A stretch of DNA of 64,000 nt from an uncultured Actinomycetota bacterium (GTDB lineage Bacteria; Actinomycetota; Acidimicrobiia; Spongiisociales; UBA4744). The position numbers were made by a program, and so were the translations under genes. The stretch's first letter is position 1; every line of letters begins with the position of its first letter. The notes under the pieces are model-generated. The model was not told the origin of the DNA and ran no database searches. It saw only the letters and a list, made by a program, of their open reading frames with translations. The stretch lies in contig CAWGNJ010000002.1 in the NCBI GenBank assembly GCA_963823915.1, forward strand, positions 335,192 through 399,191, given 5' to 3'. This document shows, piece by piece, positions 38,942-48,505 of the stretch.

Positions 38942-39014
38942 GGGGATGTAGCTCAGTTGGAAGAGCACCTGCTTTGCAAGCAGGGGGTCGTCGGTTCAAG
39001 TCCGATCATCTCCA
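38942..39014 (+). tRNA. tRNA-Ala (anticodon UGC)
   Basis: GGGGATGTAGCTCAGTTGGAAGAGCACCTGCTTTGCAAGCAGGGGGTCGTCGGTTCAAGTCCGATCATCTCCA. The G3:U70 Ala identity pair is present. The anticodon loop is TTTGCAA. Confidence 0.9.
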
Positions 39015-39019
39015 CGTTG

Positions 39020-39090
39020 CGTACTCGCCGTTGGCGAGTACGTTTGAGTTTCCGTAGGAAACTCACTTAGGGCGTGAAGCGACCGGCGTT
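39020..39090. repeat. hairpin-repeat block 3' of tRNA-Ala
   Basis: cgtactcgcc-gtt-ggcgagtacg (39020-39042); tgagtttcc-gta-ggaaactca (39045-39065) plus cttagg; gaagcgaccggcgt (39077-39090). Confidence 0.85.
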
Positions 39091-39203
39091 TCCTTTCCGA
39101 ACTCCAAAGACCCGTCGCGCCATGCCAAGAGGGATTCAGGGTTTCCGCCCGTAGCTCGCGTATCGGCATCTACCATTGACCCCACCAGCGACAAGGAGCT
39201 TGC

Positions 39204-40376
39204 ATGCAGACCGCAGTCATCGTGGATGCCGTCCGGACGCCAACCGGAAGGCGGAATGGCAAGCTCAAGGACTGGCATGCCACCGACCTGGCCGCCCATA
39301 CCCTCGAGGCCATCGTTGAAAGAAACGGCCTGGATCCGGCCTTGATCGACGACGTGATCATGGGATGCGTCTCCCAGACCGGCGAGCAGGGAGTGAATAT
39401 CGGCCGCAATGCCGCTCTGGCGGCAGGCTTCCCCGAGGAGGTGCCCGGGATCACCATCGATCGCCAGTGCGGATCCAGCCAGCAGGCCGCCCACTTCGCT
39501 GCTCAAGGAGTCATGGCCGGTGTATATGACATTGTGATTGCCGCCGGGGTGGAATCGATGACCCGGGTACCGATGTTGGTCACCGCTCAACAGGGTCCGG
39601 GAGTGCCGTTCGGCCCGAAGATGCTCGAGCGATACGACCACGGTTTGGTTCCCCAAGGTGTGAGTGCCGAGATGATCGCTGAGAAATGGGGCATTGGACG
39701 GGAAGAGCTCGATGTGATCTCGCTGGAATCGCATCAACGAGCTGCGCGGGCCACCAAAGAGGGCCGCTTTGACAGCCAAATTGCCCCGGTTCCGGTCACC
39801 GTTGAGGGCGTCGACGAGGTCATGACGGTAGATGAGGGGATCCGCTGGGACACCTCCCTCGAGAAGCTGGCTTCGCTCAAACCGGCCTTCAAGGAGGATG
39901 GAGTGATCAGTGCCGGCAACTCGTCACAGATCTCGGACGGATCCGCCGCGGTGCTGATCATGAGCGAGGCCAAGGCCGAGAGTCTCGGGCTTCGTCCCCG
40001 AGCCCGTTTCGTGAGCTTTTCGTTGGCCGGCGTCGATCCGGTGATGATGCTGGAAGGCCCAATTCCGGCTTCCTACAAGGTCCTGGAGAAAGCCGGGCTG
40101 ACGATCGACGACATCGACCTGTTTGAGATCAACGAGGCGTTCTCTTCCGTGGTGGCGGCCTGGAGGCGTGAAATGCCCGGCGACGACGCAGCCCTGTGGG
40201 AGCGGACCAATGTGAATGGCGGCGCTATCGCCCTCGGTCATCCACTCGGTTGCAGTGGGGCCAAGCTCCTCACCACTCTCGTTCACGAACTCGAGCGGAC
40301 CGGTGGTAGGTACGGATTGCAGGCAATGTGCGAGGGGGGCGGCCTGGCGAACGGCCTCATCATTGAAAGGATCTGA
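39204..40376 (+). CDS. acetyl-CoA C-acyltransferase (thiolase)
   Basis: 390 aa. The active-site Cys region is DRQCGSSQQA, and the C-terminal signatures are NVNGGAIALGHPLGCSGA and CEGGGLANG. Confidence 0.9.
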   Translation: MQTAVIVDAVRTPTGRRNGKLKDWHATDLAAHTLEAIVERNGLDPALIDDVIMGCVSQTGEQGVNIGRNAALAAGFPEEVPGITIDRQCGSSQQAAHFAAQGVMAGVYDIVIAAGVESMTRVPMLVTAQQGPGVPFGPKMLERYDHGLVPQGVSAEMIAEKWGIGREELDVISLESHQRAARATKEGRFDSQIAPVPVTVEGVDEVMTVDEGIRWDTSLEKLASLKPAFKEDGVISAGNSSQISDGSAAVLIMSEAKAESLGLRPRARFVSFSLAGVDPVMMLEGPIPASYKVLEKAGLTIDDIDLFEINEAFSSVVAAWRREMPGDDAALWERTNVNGGAIALGHPLGCSGAKLLTTLVHELERTGGRYGLQAMCEGGGLANGLIIERI

Positions 40377-40411
40377 AGACCGAACAGTCGGTTCCGGGTA
40401 CGCTGCCCATC

Positions 40412-40642
40412 GTGGGTGACGTTCTCATCGCCATCGTTATCGGGGTGGTCATCTTCTGGGGAATCCGGAAGATTCTCATCATGTTGAGCACGCCACCCCC
40501 CGAGGTGGATCCTGACGAGATTATCGATGTGGAACAGCATTATCGGTGCTCGATCTGCGGGACGGAACTGATCGTGACCGTCGCCTCCACCACGGAGACG
40601 GACCCGCCCAAGCACTGCCGGGAAGAGATGACACCCGTCTAG
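40412..40642 (+). CDS. hypothetical small membrane protein with a C-terminal CxxC...HC zinc-ribbon-like motif
   Basis: 76 aa. The TM helix is VLIAIVIGVVIFWGI, followed by YRCSICGTELIV...PPKHCREEM. Confidence 0.4.
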   Translation: MGDVLIAIVIGVVIFWGIRKILIMLSTPPPEVDPDEIIDVEQHYRCSICGTELIVTVASTTETDPPKHCREEMTPV

Positions 40643-40717
40643 TCCACAGGGTGTTGACAGATCTGGGGAAAACTACACAGGTGTAATTCCCGCGTCTGGC
40701 AAGAACGGGGAAGATAT

Positions 40718-40969
40718 CTAGCGGTAGTTGGTGGTCATCAGGAAGCCGGCCGCGATGCCGAGCAAACCCACCCACAAGCCCCAACCACCAAAGACGTTGG
40801 TGAGCACGTAGTTCAGCACCACCAGAACGACTCCGAGACCCATCAAACCGAACATCGTGACTACGTACCATATCGGCGACTCGCCTTTGATCTTGGAGGC
40901 GGGCGTCGACGGGGGGGTAGGCCGTCCCGGCTGGGCTCTTTTCTTCTTTCTGACCTTGGATTTCGGCAT
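40718..40969 (-). CDS. crgA: cell division protein CrgA
   Basis: MPKSKVRKKKRAQ...SPIWYVVTMFGLMGLGVVLVVLNYV...WGLWVGLLGIAAGFLMTTNYR. It has a basic N-terminus and two TM helices, and sits in the conserved position near trpG/pknB. Confidence 0.8.
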   Translation of the reverse strand: MPKSKVRKKKRAQPGRPTPPSTPASKIKGESPIWYVVTMFGLMGLGVVLVVLNYVLTNVFGGWGLWVGLLGIAAGFLMTTNYR

Positions 40970-41033
40970 GGCGGACAGGCTAGTCGGGTGCCGTGGACCT
41001 GTCAGTCCTGGAACGAGGTAGGCTCGCCCGGCC

Positions 41034-41594
41034 ATGAAAGTCCTGGTCCTCGACAACTATGACTCTTTCACCTTCAATCTGGTCCAATATCTGGGCGAGC
41101 TGGGGGCCGATCCTCTTGTTGTTCGCAATGATGCGTTGCCCCCGGTGGAGGCCAAGGCCCTGGCGCCGGATCGGTTGGTGATTTCCCCCGGTCCGGGTCG
41201 TCCCGAGGACGCCGGCTATTCGATCGAGTACATCGCCACCCTGGGCCCGCACATCCCCACCTTGGGTGTCTGTCTTGGTCACCAAGCGGTAGTCGTGGCC
41301 TTCGGCGGTTCGGTCGATCGGGCCCCAGAGATTCGGCACGGCAAAACCTCTGAGATCACCCACGACGGTCAGGGCGTTTTCAAGGGCTTGACCAACCCGT
41401 TCACCGCCACTCGATATCACTCACTGGCCGCGGCGCAAGTGCCCGACGTGCTCGAGGAATGTGCGTGGAGTGAGGAGGGGGTCGTGCAGGGAGTCCGTCA
41501 TCGGGAGTACCCCATCGCCGGGGTGCAATTCCACCCCGAAAGCATCCTCACGGTCGAAGGGAAGGCTTTGCTGGCCAACTTCCTGGCCTTGTGA
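41034..41594 (+). CDS. trpG: anthranilate/aminodeoxychorismate synthase glutamine amidotransferase component II
   Basis: 186 aa with MKVLVLDNYDSFTFNLVQYLGELG, the catalytic GVCLGHQ, and the FHPES triad end. Confidence 0.9.
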   Translation: MKVLVLDNYDSFTFNLVQYLGELGADPLVVRNDALPPVEAKALAPDRLVISPGPGRPEDAGYSIEYIATLGPHIPTLGVCLGHQAVVVAFGGSVDRAPEIRHGKTSEITHDGQGVFKGLTNPFTATRYHSLAAAQVPDVLEECAWSEEGVVQGVRHREYPIAGVQFHPESILTVEGKALLANFLAL

Positions 41595-41623
41595 TCAGAG
41601 GGAATCTGTCGACCGAAGTGACG

Positions 41624-43546
41624 TCAGGGTGGAGGTTCTGTGGCCTCAGTCGTGGTCGTGGTCGTGGTCGTGGTCGGCGGTGGCGCCTTGCCTAGGGTGA
41701 CCGAGATAGTGCTGCCCGGTTCGACCTCAGCTCCAGCAGCCGGAACCTGCTCGGCCACCAGGCCGTCCTGGTCGGGGGCTACTTCGACGGTGGTGGCATT
41801 GACTCTGATCACCAGGCCGAGGGCCTCCAAAGCCGACCGGGCCTGCTCTTCGGTTCTCCCGATCAGATTGGGGACCACAACCGGTTCCGGGCCCTCCGAG
41901 ACGTAAACCGTCACCTGGTCGCCCTTTTTCACGGTTGCCCCACCAACCGGCTCGGTTCTGATCACAAATCCCTCGAGAATCTCCGACGAGAATTCGGTGT
42001 CGAAAACCGGTTCCAGCCCCAGATTGCCCAGTCGGAAGCCGACGTCGCCTTCCGAACGTCCGATCAGGTCATCGGGAACAGGAAACTCCGCCAATCCGGT
42101 CGAGACAACCAGATTGACCGCGGTCTCGGGGGCAGCATCCTCTCCGGCGGGTGGATCCTGGGAGATGACCTCGCCGGCGGGAGCTGCGTCATCGGCTACC
42201 TGCTCGACGGTACCGAGTACCAGCCCAGCCTTCTCGATCAGTTCGGTAGCTCGGACCAGATCCTGACCAACGACCGGCGGGACGGGGAACGCCTCCGCGC
42301 CCAGCGATACGTAGACAATAATGAACGCTCCGTCTTCGGCTTCCTCACCGGCCGCCGGCTTGGTGCCGATCACCCGTCCTTCTTCGACCGTGTCGCTGGC
42401 GTTCGGTTCGGGAATCACGTTGAAACCCAATTGTTGGAGCTCCAGGAGGGCTTCGGCTTGGGTCATGCTGGCCACGTTGGGGATGGCGATCAGAGTTTCC
42501 TCGGGAGTCCCGGGAGCCAGGGCTTTCAGGAGCAGGAAGATCCCGACGGCCAAGGCAATGACCAGAGCGAAGGTGGTGATGATGAAGGGAAGCTGGCTGG
42601 TGGTCTGTTCGGGAGAAGCCACCTGGCGGTAGATCTCATCGGGGGTGGCAGTGGGGGGTGGAACCTGCGACGGCTGCATGAGTTGAGTCGGCGCATCGGC
42701 GGCGGGTACGACCGCCGGGGTCTCCCCGCGCAGGAAGAGGAGGAGGTCGTGGCGCAGGTCGTCGGCAGTCTGATAACGGCGGTCGGGTTCCTTGTCCAGA
42801 GCCCGCATGACGATGCCATCGAGATCGGGGGGGATGTCCGGATTGTCGACCGATGGTTGGGCTGCGACGGACGACACGTGCTGGTAGGCCACGGCGACGG
42901 GGTTTTCTCCCGAAAAAGGAGGACGACCGGTGAGCATCTCGTACATCACCACCCCGAGGGCGTAGATGTCCGACCGTTCGTCGGCCGGCGCCCCTTGGGC
43001 TTGTTCCGGGCTGAAGTAGGTGGCAGTTCCGATTACTGCCCCGGTTTTGGTGAGTTCGGATGAGTCGTCCCAAGCTCGGGCGATCCCAAAGTCGGTCACC
43101 TTGACGGTCCCGTCGGCGGCTAGGAGCATATTGCCCGGCTTGACGTCGCGATGAACCAAGCCCGACCGGTGAGCCACGCTCAAAGCCGCGGCTACCTCGG
43201 CGCTGATCTCGAGGGCCCGGCGAGGCAGCAAAGGACCTTCGTCGCGCAGCACGTCGCGGAGAGACTTTCCTTCTATCAACTCCATGACGATGAAGTAGGT
43301 GGATCCTTCTTGTCCCCAGTCGAAAATGCCGACGATGTTCGGATGGCTGAGATTGGCGGCGGCCTGAGCTTCACGACGGAACCGCTTTACGAATGCTTCG
43401 TCAGAGCTGAACTGGGAGTGAAGCACCTTCACCGCGACGCGACGGCCCAGCAGAGTGTCGCGGGCTTCGTATACGTCGGCCATACCGCCTCGGGCTATAT
43501 GCCCGAGCAGTTCGTAACGGTCGGCGAGAGTGCGGGAAGGTTCCAT
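41624..43546 (-). CDS. pknB: Ser/Thr protein kinase PknB with extracellular PASTA repeats
   Basis: MEPSRTLADRYELLGHIARGGMADVYEA, VAVKVL, HRDVKPGNML, DFGIA and SPEQ, then a TM helix (FIITTFALVIALAVGIFLLL) and about 4 PASTA-like repeats. The ORF track extends to 43597. Confidence 0.9.
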   Translation of the reverse strand: MEPSRTLADRYELLGHIARGGMADVYEARDTLLGRRVAVKVLHSQFSSDEAFVKRFRREAQAAANLSHPNIVGIFDWGQEGSTYFIVMELIEGKSLRDVLRDEGPLLPRRALEISAEVAAALSVAHRSGLVHRDVKPGNMLLAADGTVKVTDFGIARAWDDSSELTKTGAVIGTATYFSPEQAQGAPADERSDIYALGVVMYEMLTGRPPFSGENPVAVAYQHVSSVAAQPSVDNPDIPPDLDGIVMRALDKEPDRRYQTADDLRHDLLLFLRGETPAVVPAADAPTQLMQPSQVPPPTATPDEIYRQVASPEQTTSQLPFIITTFALVIALAVGIFLLLKALAPGTPEETLIAIPNVASMTQAEALLELQQLGFNVIPEPNASDTVEEGRVIGTKPAAGEEAEDGAFIIVYVSLGAEAFPVPPVVGQDLVRATELIEKAGLVLGTVEQVADDAAPAGEVISQDPPAGEDAAPETAVNLVVSTGLAEFPVPDDLIGRSEGDVGFRLGNLGLEPVFDTEFSSEILEGFVIRTEPVGGATVKKGDQVTVYVSEGPEPVVVPNLIGRTEEQARSALEALGLVIRVNATTVEVAPDQDGLVAEQVPAAGAEVEPGSTISVTLGKAPPPTTTTTTTTTEATEPPP

Positions 43547-43568
43547 CCGTGGCGATTGTAGGGGGGGT

Positions 43569-45029
43569 TTATCCATTCGTTTGAACCCAATAGGCAAGGA
43601 TTTCCTGGGCGATAGGGGCGGCTACCGATCCACCCGTAGCGTTTTCGCCTGCTTCGCCTCCTGATTCGACAAGCACAGCGAGAGCGATGGTCGGTTGCTC
43701 AACGGGCGCAAATCCGATGAACCACACATGTGGCGGACCGATCCCGGTTTCCGCCGTGCCGGTCTTGCCCGCTACACGAACGTTCGGGACGGTGGCGCGG
43801 GTTCCCGTCCCGGAGGCCACCACCCTCTCCATCAGATCGGAAATGATGGAGGCGGTTGAAGGAGACACGGCCCGCTGGAGCAACCCCGGCTCGGTTGCGG
43901 ATAGCACCTCGCCGTCGGCGTCGAAGACGCGGGACACCAGGAAGGGCTCCATGGCGATGCCATCGTTGGCGATGGAGCTCGCGACCAGAGCCATCTCCAG
44001 GGGTGTGGCCCGGACGTCCCGCTGCCCGATCGCACTTTGGGCCAGAGCAGGAAGGTCGTTCGCGAACTCGGAGGGAGCGGGGAAGACCGAGTTGATGACG
44101 GGAATCTCGAAGGGAGTGTCTTGATTGAAGCCGAAAGCCTCGGCTTGCAGGGCGAGGTTTTCGGCGCCGAGTTGCAGGCCCAAAGCCCCAAACACCGTGT
44201 TGCAGGATCGGCGGAACGCCGTCTGGAGGTTGACCTGGTCGCCGCCTGCGCACACCTGTCGGTCGTAGTTCCGGATGACTTCGATGGTGCCGGGCAATTC
44301 AAGAGCAGGGGGGTCGGGGAAAAGGGTTTCGGGTCCGGCCGTGCCTGATTCGATCCCGGCCGCGGCTACGACGACCTTGAAAACCGATCCCGGTGGGTAG
44401 GTGCGATTGGTCGAACGATTGGCCAGGGGCTCATCGGGGTCGGCCAGCAGGCTTTCCCGGGCGGCGATTGCTTCGCTGCCTAGGAATAGGTTCGGATCAA
44501 AAGACGGTCTCGAAACCATGGCCAGTACCTCACCGGTGTCGGGTCGGATGGCAACCACCGAGCCGCGTTGGGTACCGAGGGCCGAATAGGCGATCTGTTG
44601 AAGTTCATGATCGATTGTCAACTGGATGCTCTTCGGGCGCAGATCGCCTCCCAGCAAAGCACTCAACAAGTCGGACATCGTCAAGTCCCGTTTTGACCGC
44701 AGATCATCGGCAAACACCAACTCCAAGCCGTCGTCCCCGAAGTTCACCGATGAGAAACCAACCAGATGAGCGTAGAGCTCACCTTCCGGGTAGGACCGGC
44801 TGAAGCGCTGGGGGTTGTCAGGATCGGCGATCGATTGGGCCAGTATCTGTTGGTCGGCGGTCAGAATGAGTCCCCGCTCTTTTCCGGTCCGGCTGGCTAT
44901 GACCCGGGGGTTGCGATCATCGTCCCGATACCGGGGGCCGGCGGCTACCTGCAGGTAGGTGACGTCGAGTATCAGCAAGGCGAATGCCACAAACAGGGCG
45001 GCGGCGAGGCGACGCAACGGTTGATTCAT
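43569..45029 (-). CDS. pbpA: penicillin-binding protein A (class B transpeptidase)
   Basis: 486 aa with SxxK (PPGSVFKVV) and KTGT (AGKTGTAE). It lies between pknB and rodA. Confidence 0.9.
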   Translation of the reverse strand: MNQPLRRLAAALFVAFALLILDVTYLQVAAGPRYRDDDRNPRVIASRTGKERGLILTADQQILAQSIADPDNPQRFSRSYPEGELYAHLVGFSSVNFGDDGLELVFADDLRSKRDLTMSDLLSALLGGDLRPKSIQLTIDHELQQIAYSALGTQRGSVVAIRPDTGEVLAMVSRPSFDPNLFLGSEAIAARESLLADPDEPLANRSTNRTYPPGSVFKVVVAAAGIESGTAGPETLFPDPPALELPGTIEVIRNYDRQVCAGGDQVNLQTAFRRSCNTVFGALGLQLGAENLALQAEAFGFNQDTPFEIPVINSVFPAPSEFANDLPALAQSAIGQRDVRATPLEMALVASSIANDGIAMEPFLVSRVFDADGEVLSATEPGLLQRAVSPSTASIISDLMERVVASGTGTRATVPNVRVAGKTGTAETGIGPPHVWFIGFAPVEQPTIALAVLVESGGEAGENATGGSVAAPIAQEILAYWVQTNG

Positions 45030-46321
45030 GTTCGTTCCTCGTGAGAGACCCGGGCCAGCAGGGCCAGCAGCAAGAAGTTGGCTACCAGTGAAGATCCTCC
45101 ATAGGACATGAAAGGCAGCGTGATGCCGGTTAGGGGCAACAGGCGAGTGACGCCGGCGATGATGAGGAATGTCTGTAGGCCGAGCACGAACGCCAAACCG
45201 CCGGCCAGGAGTTTGCGGAATGTGTCGCGGGAGCGCAGCGCGATGCCAAAAGCCACAGCTACCAGTAGGGCGAAAGTGGCGATAACGGCGACGCTTCCGG
45301 CCAACCCCAACTCTTCGCCAATTGCGGCGAAGATGAAATCGGTAGCCGCGTTGGGTATACGGTCGGGAGCTCCTAACCCCAGGCCGGATCCGGAAAGACT
45401 GCCGCTTCCGAAGGCGAACAGGCTTTGGGCGATCTGATATCCGGTGTCTGCGAAATCGGCGAACGGATCCAACCAGGCGTCAACTCGGCGCTGCACGTGG
45501 TCAAACGAAAGCCAGGCGGCGATGGCACCTGCTCCAAAGAGCAGGCCACCGCTGGTCAGGTAGACGACCCTGCCGGTGGCTGCGTAGAGCATTGCGATGA
45601 AGAGGGCGAAAAGCAGGAGCGAAGCACCGAGATCTCTCTGATAAACGAGGACGACAAAGCTGGCTGCCCAGGCAATCACCAAAGGCGCCAACTGCCGCAA
45701 TTCGGGCAACCGGTAGCGGCTGAGCGGTCGAGTCTGCAAGGCCAGGACCGCCTGGCGTTCACCCAGGTATGAGGCCAGGAATGTTGCGAGTACGAGCTTG
45801 GCAATCTCGCCGGGTTGAAATTGCAGGCGGATCGGGCCGGCTTCCAGACGGATCCAGAGTCGGGAGCCGTTTTGCTCGAACCCCCGCAGGGGGAAGTTCC
45901 AGTCGGTCGGAAGAAGTGGGAGAAGCAGCAACAGCAAGCCGGACAGCAAGAACACGTACCGGTAGCGGCGTAGGGGCGCCAACCCTGTGCGGCGCACTGC
46001 GAAGAGAAGGGACACGGCCAACACTGTGGCGATGAGCAACCACCACCGTTGCAGGGATGCCAGGCCCCGATCGAGGCGGTAGACCTCGACGAAACCAATG
46101 GCGGTAAGGATGGCCGCGAGCGGCAAGAGATACTGGCTTGCTTCGGAAGACCATTGCCGGATAGCCAGATGGAATCCGCCGAAAGCGGCCAACATCACAA
46201 TGAACGTGAGAGCGACCTGGGCGTCGATTCCATCACCCTGGGCGAGGTTTACCAGGGCGACCCCAAAAGCGGCAACCGTCGCCGCGCCGACCAGAAGCGC
46301 GGCTTCAGCGTTCCTGGTCAC
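45026..46321 (-). CDS. rodA: FtsW/RodA/SpoVE-family peptidoglycan polymerase
   Basis: 431 aa and polytopic, with ...DLGASLLLFALFIAMLY...TDFIFAAIGEELGL...LPLTGITLPFMSYGGSS. Confidence 0.9.
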   Translation of the reverse strand: MTRNAEAALLVGAATVAAFGVALVNLAQGDGIDAQVALTFIVMLAAFGGFHLAIRQWSSEASQYLLPLAAILTAIGFVEVYRLDRGLASLQRWWLLIATVLAVSLLFAVRRTGLAPLRRYRYVFLLSGLLLLLLPLLPTDWNFPLRGFEQNGSRLWIRLEAGPIRLQFQPGEIAKLVLATFLASYLGERQAVLALQTRPLSRYRLPELRQLAPLVIAWAASFVVLVYQRDLGASLLLFALFIAMLYAATGRVVYLTSGGLLFGAGAIAAWLSFDHVQRRVDAWLDPFADFADTGYQIAQSLFAFGSGSLSGSGLGLGAPDRIPNAATDFIFAAIGEELGLAGSVAVIATFALLVAVAFGIALRSRDTFRKLLAGGLAFVLGLQTFLIIAGVTRLLPLTGITLPFMSYGGSSLVANFLLLALLARVSHEERT

Positions 46322-47028
46322 GGACCCACATCAACGACAACGACCGAGATGTTGTCATGACCGCCCATCTGATTGGCTGCCTCGATCAACGACCACACCA
46401 CTTCTTCGGGGGTTCCATTCCTGAGGATCTCCGCAATACGCGGTTCCGGCACCATCGAAGTCAGGCCGTCTGAGCAAAGCAGCAACCGATCCCCTTTGCG
46501 GGTTTTCGCCTCCAACGTGTCTACTTCGATGTCTTCGTAGAGACCCAATGCCCTTGTGAGCATGCTGCGTTGAGGGTGGGTGGCAACGTCCTCGGGCCGA
46601 ATGCTGCCGGCGCGCAGGTACTCCGCTACGACCGAATGATCGTTCGTGAGCTGCTCGAGAATCCCGATCCTCATCAGATATGCCCGGCTGTCCCCGACAT
46701 GGGCGATCGAGAGTGACCTCTGCGGCCGCAACTGAGCGGCTGTCAAGGTGGTACCCATGCCGCGTAGTTCAGGATTAGCGGCCGCCTCCGCCAGGATCAG
46801 GTCATTGGCTTTGGAGACACGTTGGGCAATGGTTTGGTCGGCGTCACCGGCGACGGCTTCGATAGCGAGACGGCTGGCGATCTCGCCGCCAACGTGACCG
46901 CCCATGCCGTCGGCGACGGCGACCACCAAGCCGGCTTCGTTCTTTCCACCGGTGGTCGGGTAGACCGAGTCCTCGTTGTTGTCCCGGACTCGACCGCGGT
47001 GCGACCCGGTTGCCCAGGTGAAGGTCAT
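46318..47028 (-). CDS. pstP: PP2C-family Ser/Thr phosphatase (catalytic domain only)
   Basis: 236 aa with RVRDNNEDS, VADGMGGHVGGEIAS, LCSDGLT and GGHDNISVVVV. No TM or extracellular extension is present. Confidence 0.9.
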   Translation of the reverse strand: MTFTWATGSHRGRVRDNNEDSVYPTTGGKNEAGLVVAVADGMGGHVGGEIASRLAIEAVAGDADQTIAQRVSKANDLILAEAAANPELRGMGTTLTAAQLRPQRSLSIAHVGDSRAYLMRIGILEQLTNDHSVVAEYLRAGSIRPEDVATHPQRSMLTRALGLYEDIEVDTLEAKTRKGDRLLLCSDGLTSMVPEPRIAEILRNGTPEEVVWSLIEAANQMGGHDNISVVVVDVGP

Positions 47029-47438
47029 CGAACCTCCATGATGGTTTTGCCAACTTGAATGGCGTCCCCTTTGCTCAGCGAAATCGGGGCGCCCACCCGG
47101 CGCCCGTTGACGTAGGTCCCGTTCGTGCTCCCGAGATCGTGCAGCACTATGCCGCCTTCTTGGCGTATCAGCCGCATGTGGAACTCCGACGCGTAGGGGT
47201 CTTCGAGCACAATATCCGTTTCCGGACTGCGACCCAACACCACCGCGTCCTTGACCGAGATGTCCATCCCGGCCTGAGTTTCGGACTTCACGACCACCAC
47301 TTGGGTGCTCGGCTTCCGTCGGCGCCCCGTTTCTCCAGTTCCGATGTGGAGACCTACCGCGCGGGCTACCTGCCAGACAAAGAGGTAGATGAAGGCGACA
47401 AAGATGAACTTGAGGAGCGTCAGTAGCAGTGCGGGCAT
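47025..47438 (-). CDS. fhaB: FHA-domain protein FhaB/FipA
   Basis: An N-terminal TM helix, then the FHA domain VVLGRSPETDIVLEDPYASEFHMRL...LHDLGSTNGTYVNG. Confidence 0.85.
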   Translation of the reverse strand: MPALLLTLLKFIFVAFIYLFVWQVARAVGLHIGTGETGRRRKPSTQVVVVKSETQAGMDISVKDAVVLGRSPETDIVLEDPYASEFHMRLIRQEGGIVLHDLGSTNGTYVNGRRVGAPISLSKGDAIQVGKTIMEVR

Positions 47439-47452
47439 TGGTCGGCGATCTC

Positions 47453-48106
47453 CTATACCTGGCCGAAGGTCAACGCAACTGGTCCCAAGGTTAGGACGGC
47501 TCCTGTCGTGAGAAGCAAGGGGGAGTTGGCGGAGGTTCCATCAACTTCGGTCCCATTGGCCGAATCGAGGTCTGAGACCCAGGCCTCGCCCCCCTCGCGC
47601 CAGATGAGGGCGTGGGTTCGGCTGACGCCGGGGTCGTTGATCGTGACGTCAGAGGTCTCCGACCTGCCCACCACCGAGCGGTTGCGCACCAGTGAATAGC
47701 GAGCCCCGGTGTCGGCTGTGAGATACGCCCACGGTTGGCGTTTGCCCGGTAGCCGGCTGACCCGGCACTCGACGGTGCCGATCGAAGCGCTTTCCGTTGC
47801 TTTGATCGATACCCGCACCGGGCCGTCGAGCTGCCAGCCCCGGTCGGCCGCGGTCGATTCCAGCACCTGCTCTAGTTCTTGGACCAGCGCCGACGGAACT
47901 TCGGCGTCCAGGTCGCGGGGATTCATCCGCAAGGTGTAGACATTGGGAGCGGTGGGCCCAAGAGGACCCTCTTCGACGGCGAGGTCTGCCTCGCGGACGA
48001 GGCGGGTCGCCAATTCCACGGGGTGGAGTTTGCCCCGAAAGACCTTCCCGGCCATCCCGTCGATTAGCTTTTCGAGGCGGCGTTCGAAGTCGCGTACGAG
48101 CTTCAT
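47453..48106 (-). CDS. fhaA: FHA-domain protein FhaA (DUF3662 N-domain)
   Basis: MKLVRDFERRLEKLIDGMAGKVFRGKLHPVELATRL..., with a C-terminal FHA domain: VVGRSETSDVTINDPGVSRTHALI...DLDSANGTEVDG. Confidence 0.8.
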   Translation of the reverse strand: MKLVRDFERRLEKLIDGMAGKVFRGKLHPVELATRLVREADLAVEEGPLGPTAPNVYTLRMNPRDLDAEVPSALVQELEQVLESTAADRGWQLDGPVRVSIKATESASIGTVECRVSRLPGKRQPWAYLTADTGARYSLVRNRSVVGRSETSDVTINDPGVSRTHALIWREGGEAWVSDLDSANGTEVDGTSANSPLLLTTGAVLTLGPVALTFGQV

Positions 48107-48227
48107 CCGGTCAGTCTACGGTACCTGGGAATCCCGGCCCGGCCCCAGATGCCTAAGAACGGGCGACTGAGCCGCCCGTTTACCGGCATGGTACGATTCT
48201 GGCCCTCACAAGTGCTTTCGGCACTAG

Positions 48228-48311
48228 GGGCGAGTGGCGGAATTGGCAGACGCGCAGGCTTCAGGTGCCTGTGAGCTTAGGCTCGTGGGGGTTCAAGTCC
48301 CCCCTCGCCCA
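48228..48311 (+). tRNA. tRNA-Leu (anticodon CAG)
   Basis: GGGCGAGTGGCGGAATTGGCAGACGCGCAGGCTTCAGGTGCCTGTGAGCTTAGGCTCGTGGGGGTTCAAGTCCCCCCTCGCCCA. The anticodon arm is CAGGC-TTCAGGT-GCCTG. It has a long variable arm. Confidence 0.9.
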
Positions 48312-48315
48312 CGGC

Positions 48316-48455
48316 GTTCCTCGCTGCGCTCGTCACTAACCGAGTTTGCCGTGCAAACTCCGCGCCGGACCGGGTCTCGTGTTTTGAGTTCTGTCCAGTT
48401 GGGCCACACTGTTCCTCGCTGCGCTCGGCCTAACAGAGTTTCCTGCGGAAACTCT
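48316..48455. repeat. two tandem copies of a [gttcctcgctgcgctcg][c(c/a)taac][GAGTTTSC hairpin] module, 3' of tRNA-Leu
   Basis: Copy 1 is 48316-48360 (…actaac cgagtttgc-cgt-gcaaactc). Copy 2 is 48411-48455 (…cctaac agagtttcc-tgc-ggaaactct). Confidence 0.9.
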
Positions 48456-48505
48456 CGCCACGGTATATCCTTCCGGTGCGCTTCTCTTCCCTTGGGGACC
48501 CCTAG

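Noticed and set aside
37447-39014. Integrated mobile element between tRNA-Ile and tRNA-Ala, or at the other tRNA genes
   Set aside because: No integrase, excisionase, transposase or direct repeat of a tRNA 3' end was found. ileT-alaT downstream of gyrA is conserved actinobacterial synteny. The intervening genes (a methyltransferase and a lipoprotein) have host-like composition.
40643-40717. TTGACA-containing promoter-like sequence between the small zinc-ribbon gene and crgA
   Set aside because: The genes are convergent here, so a plus-strand promoter would drive only antisense transcription. No convincing -10 element lies at the proper spacing.
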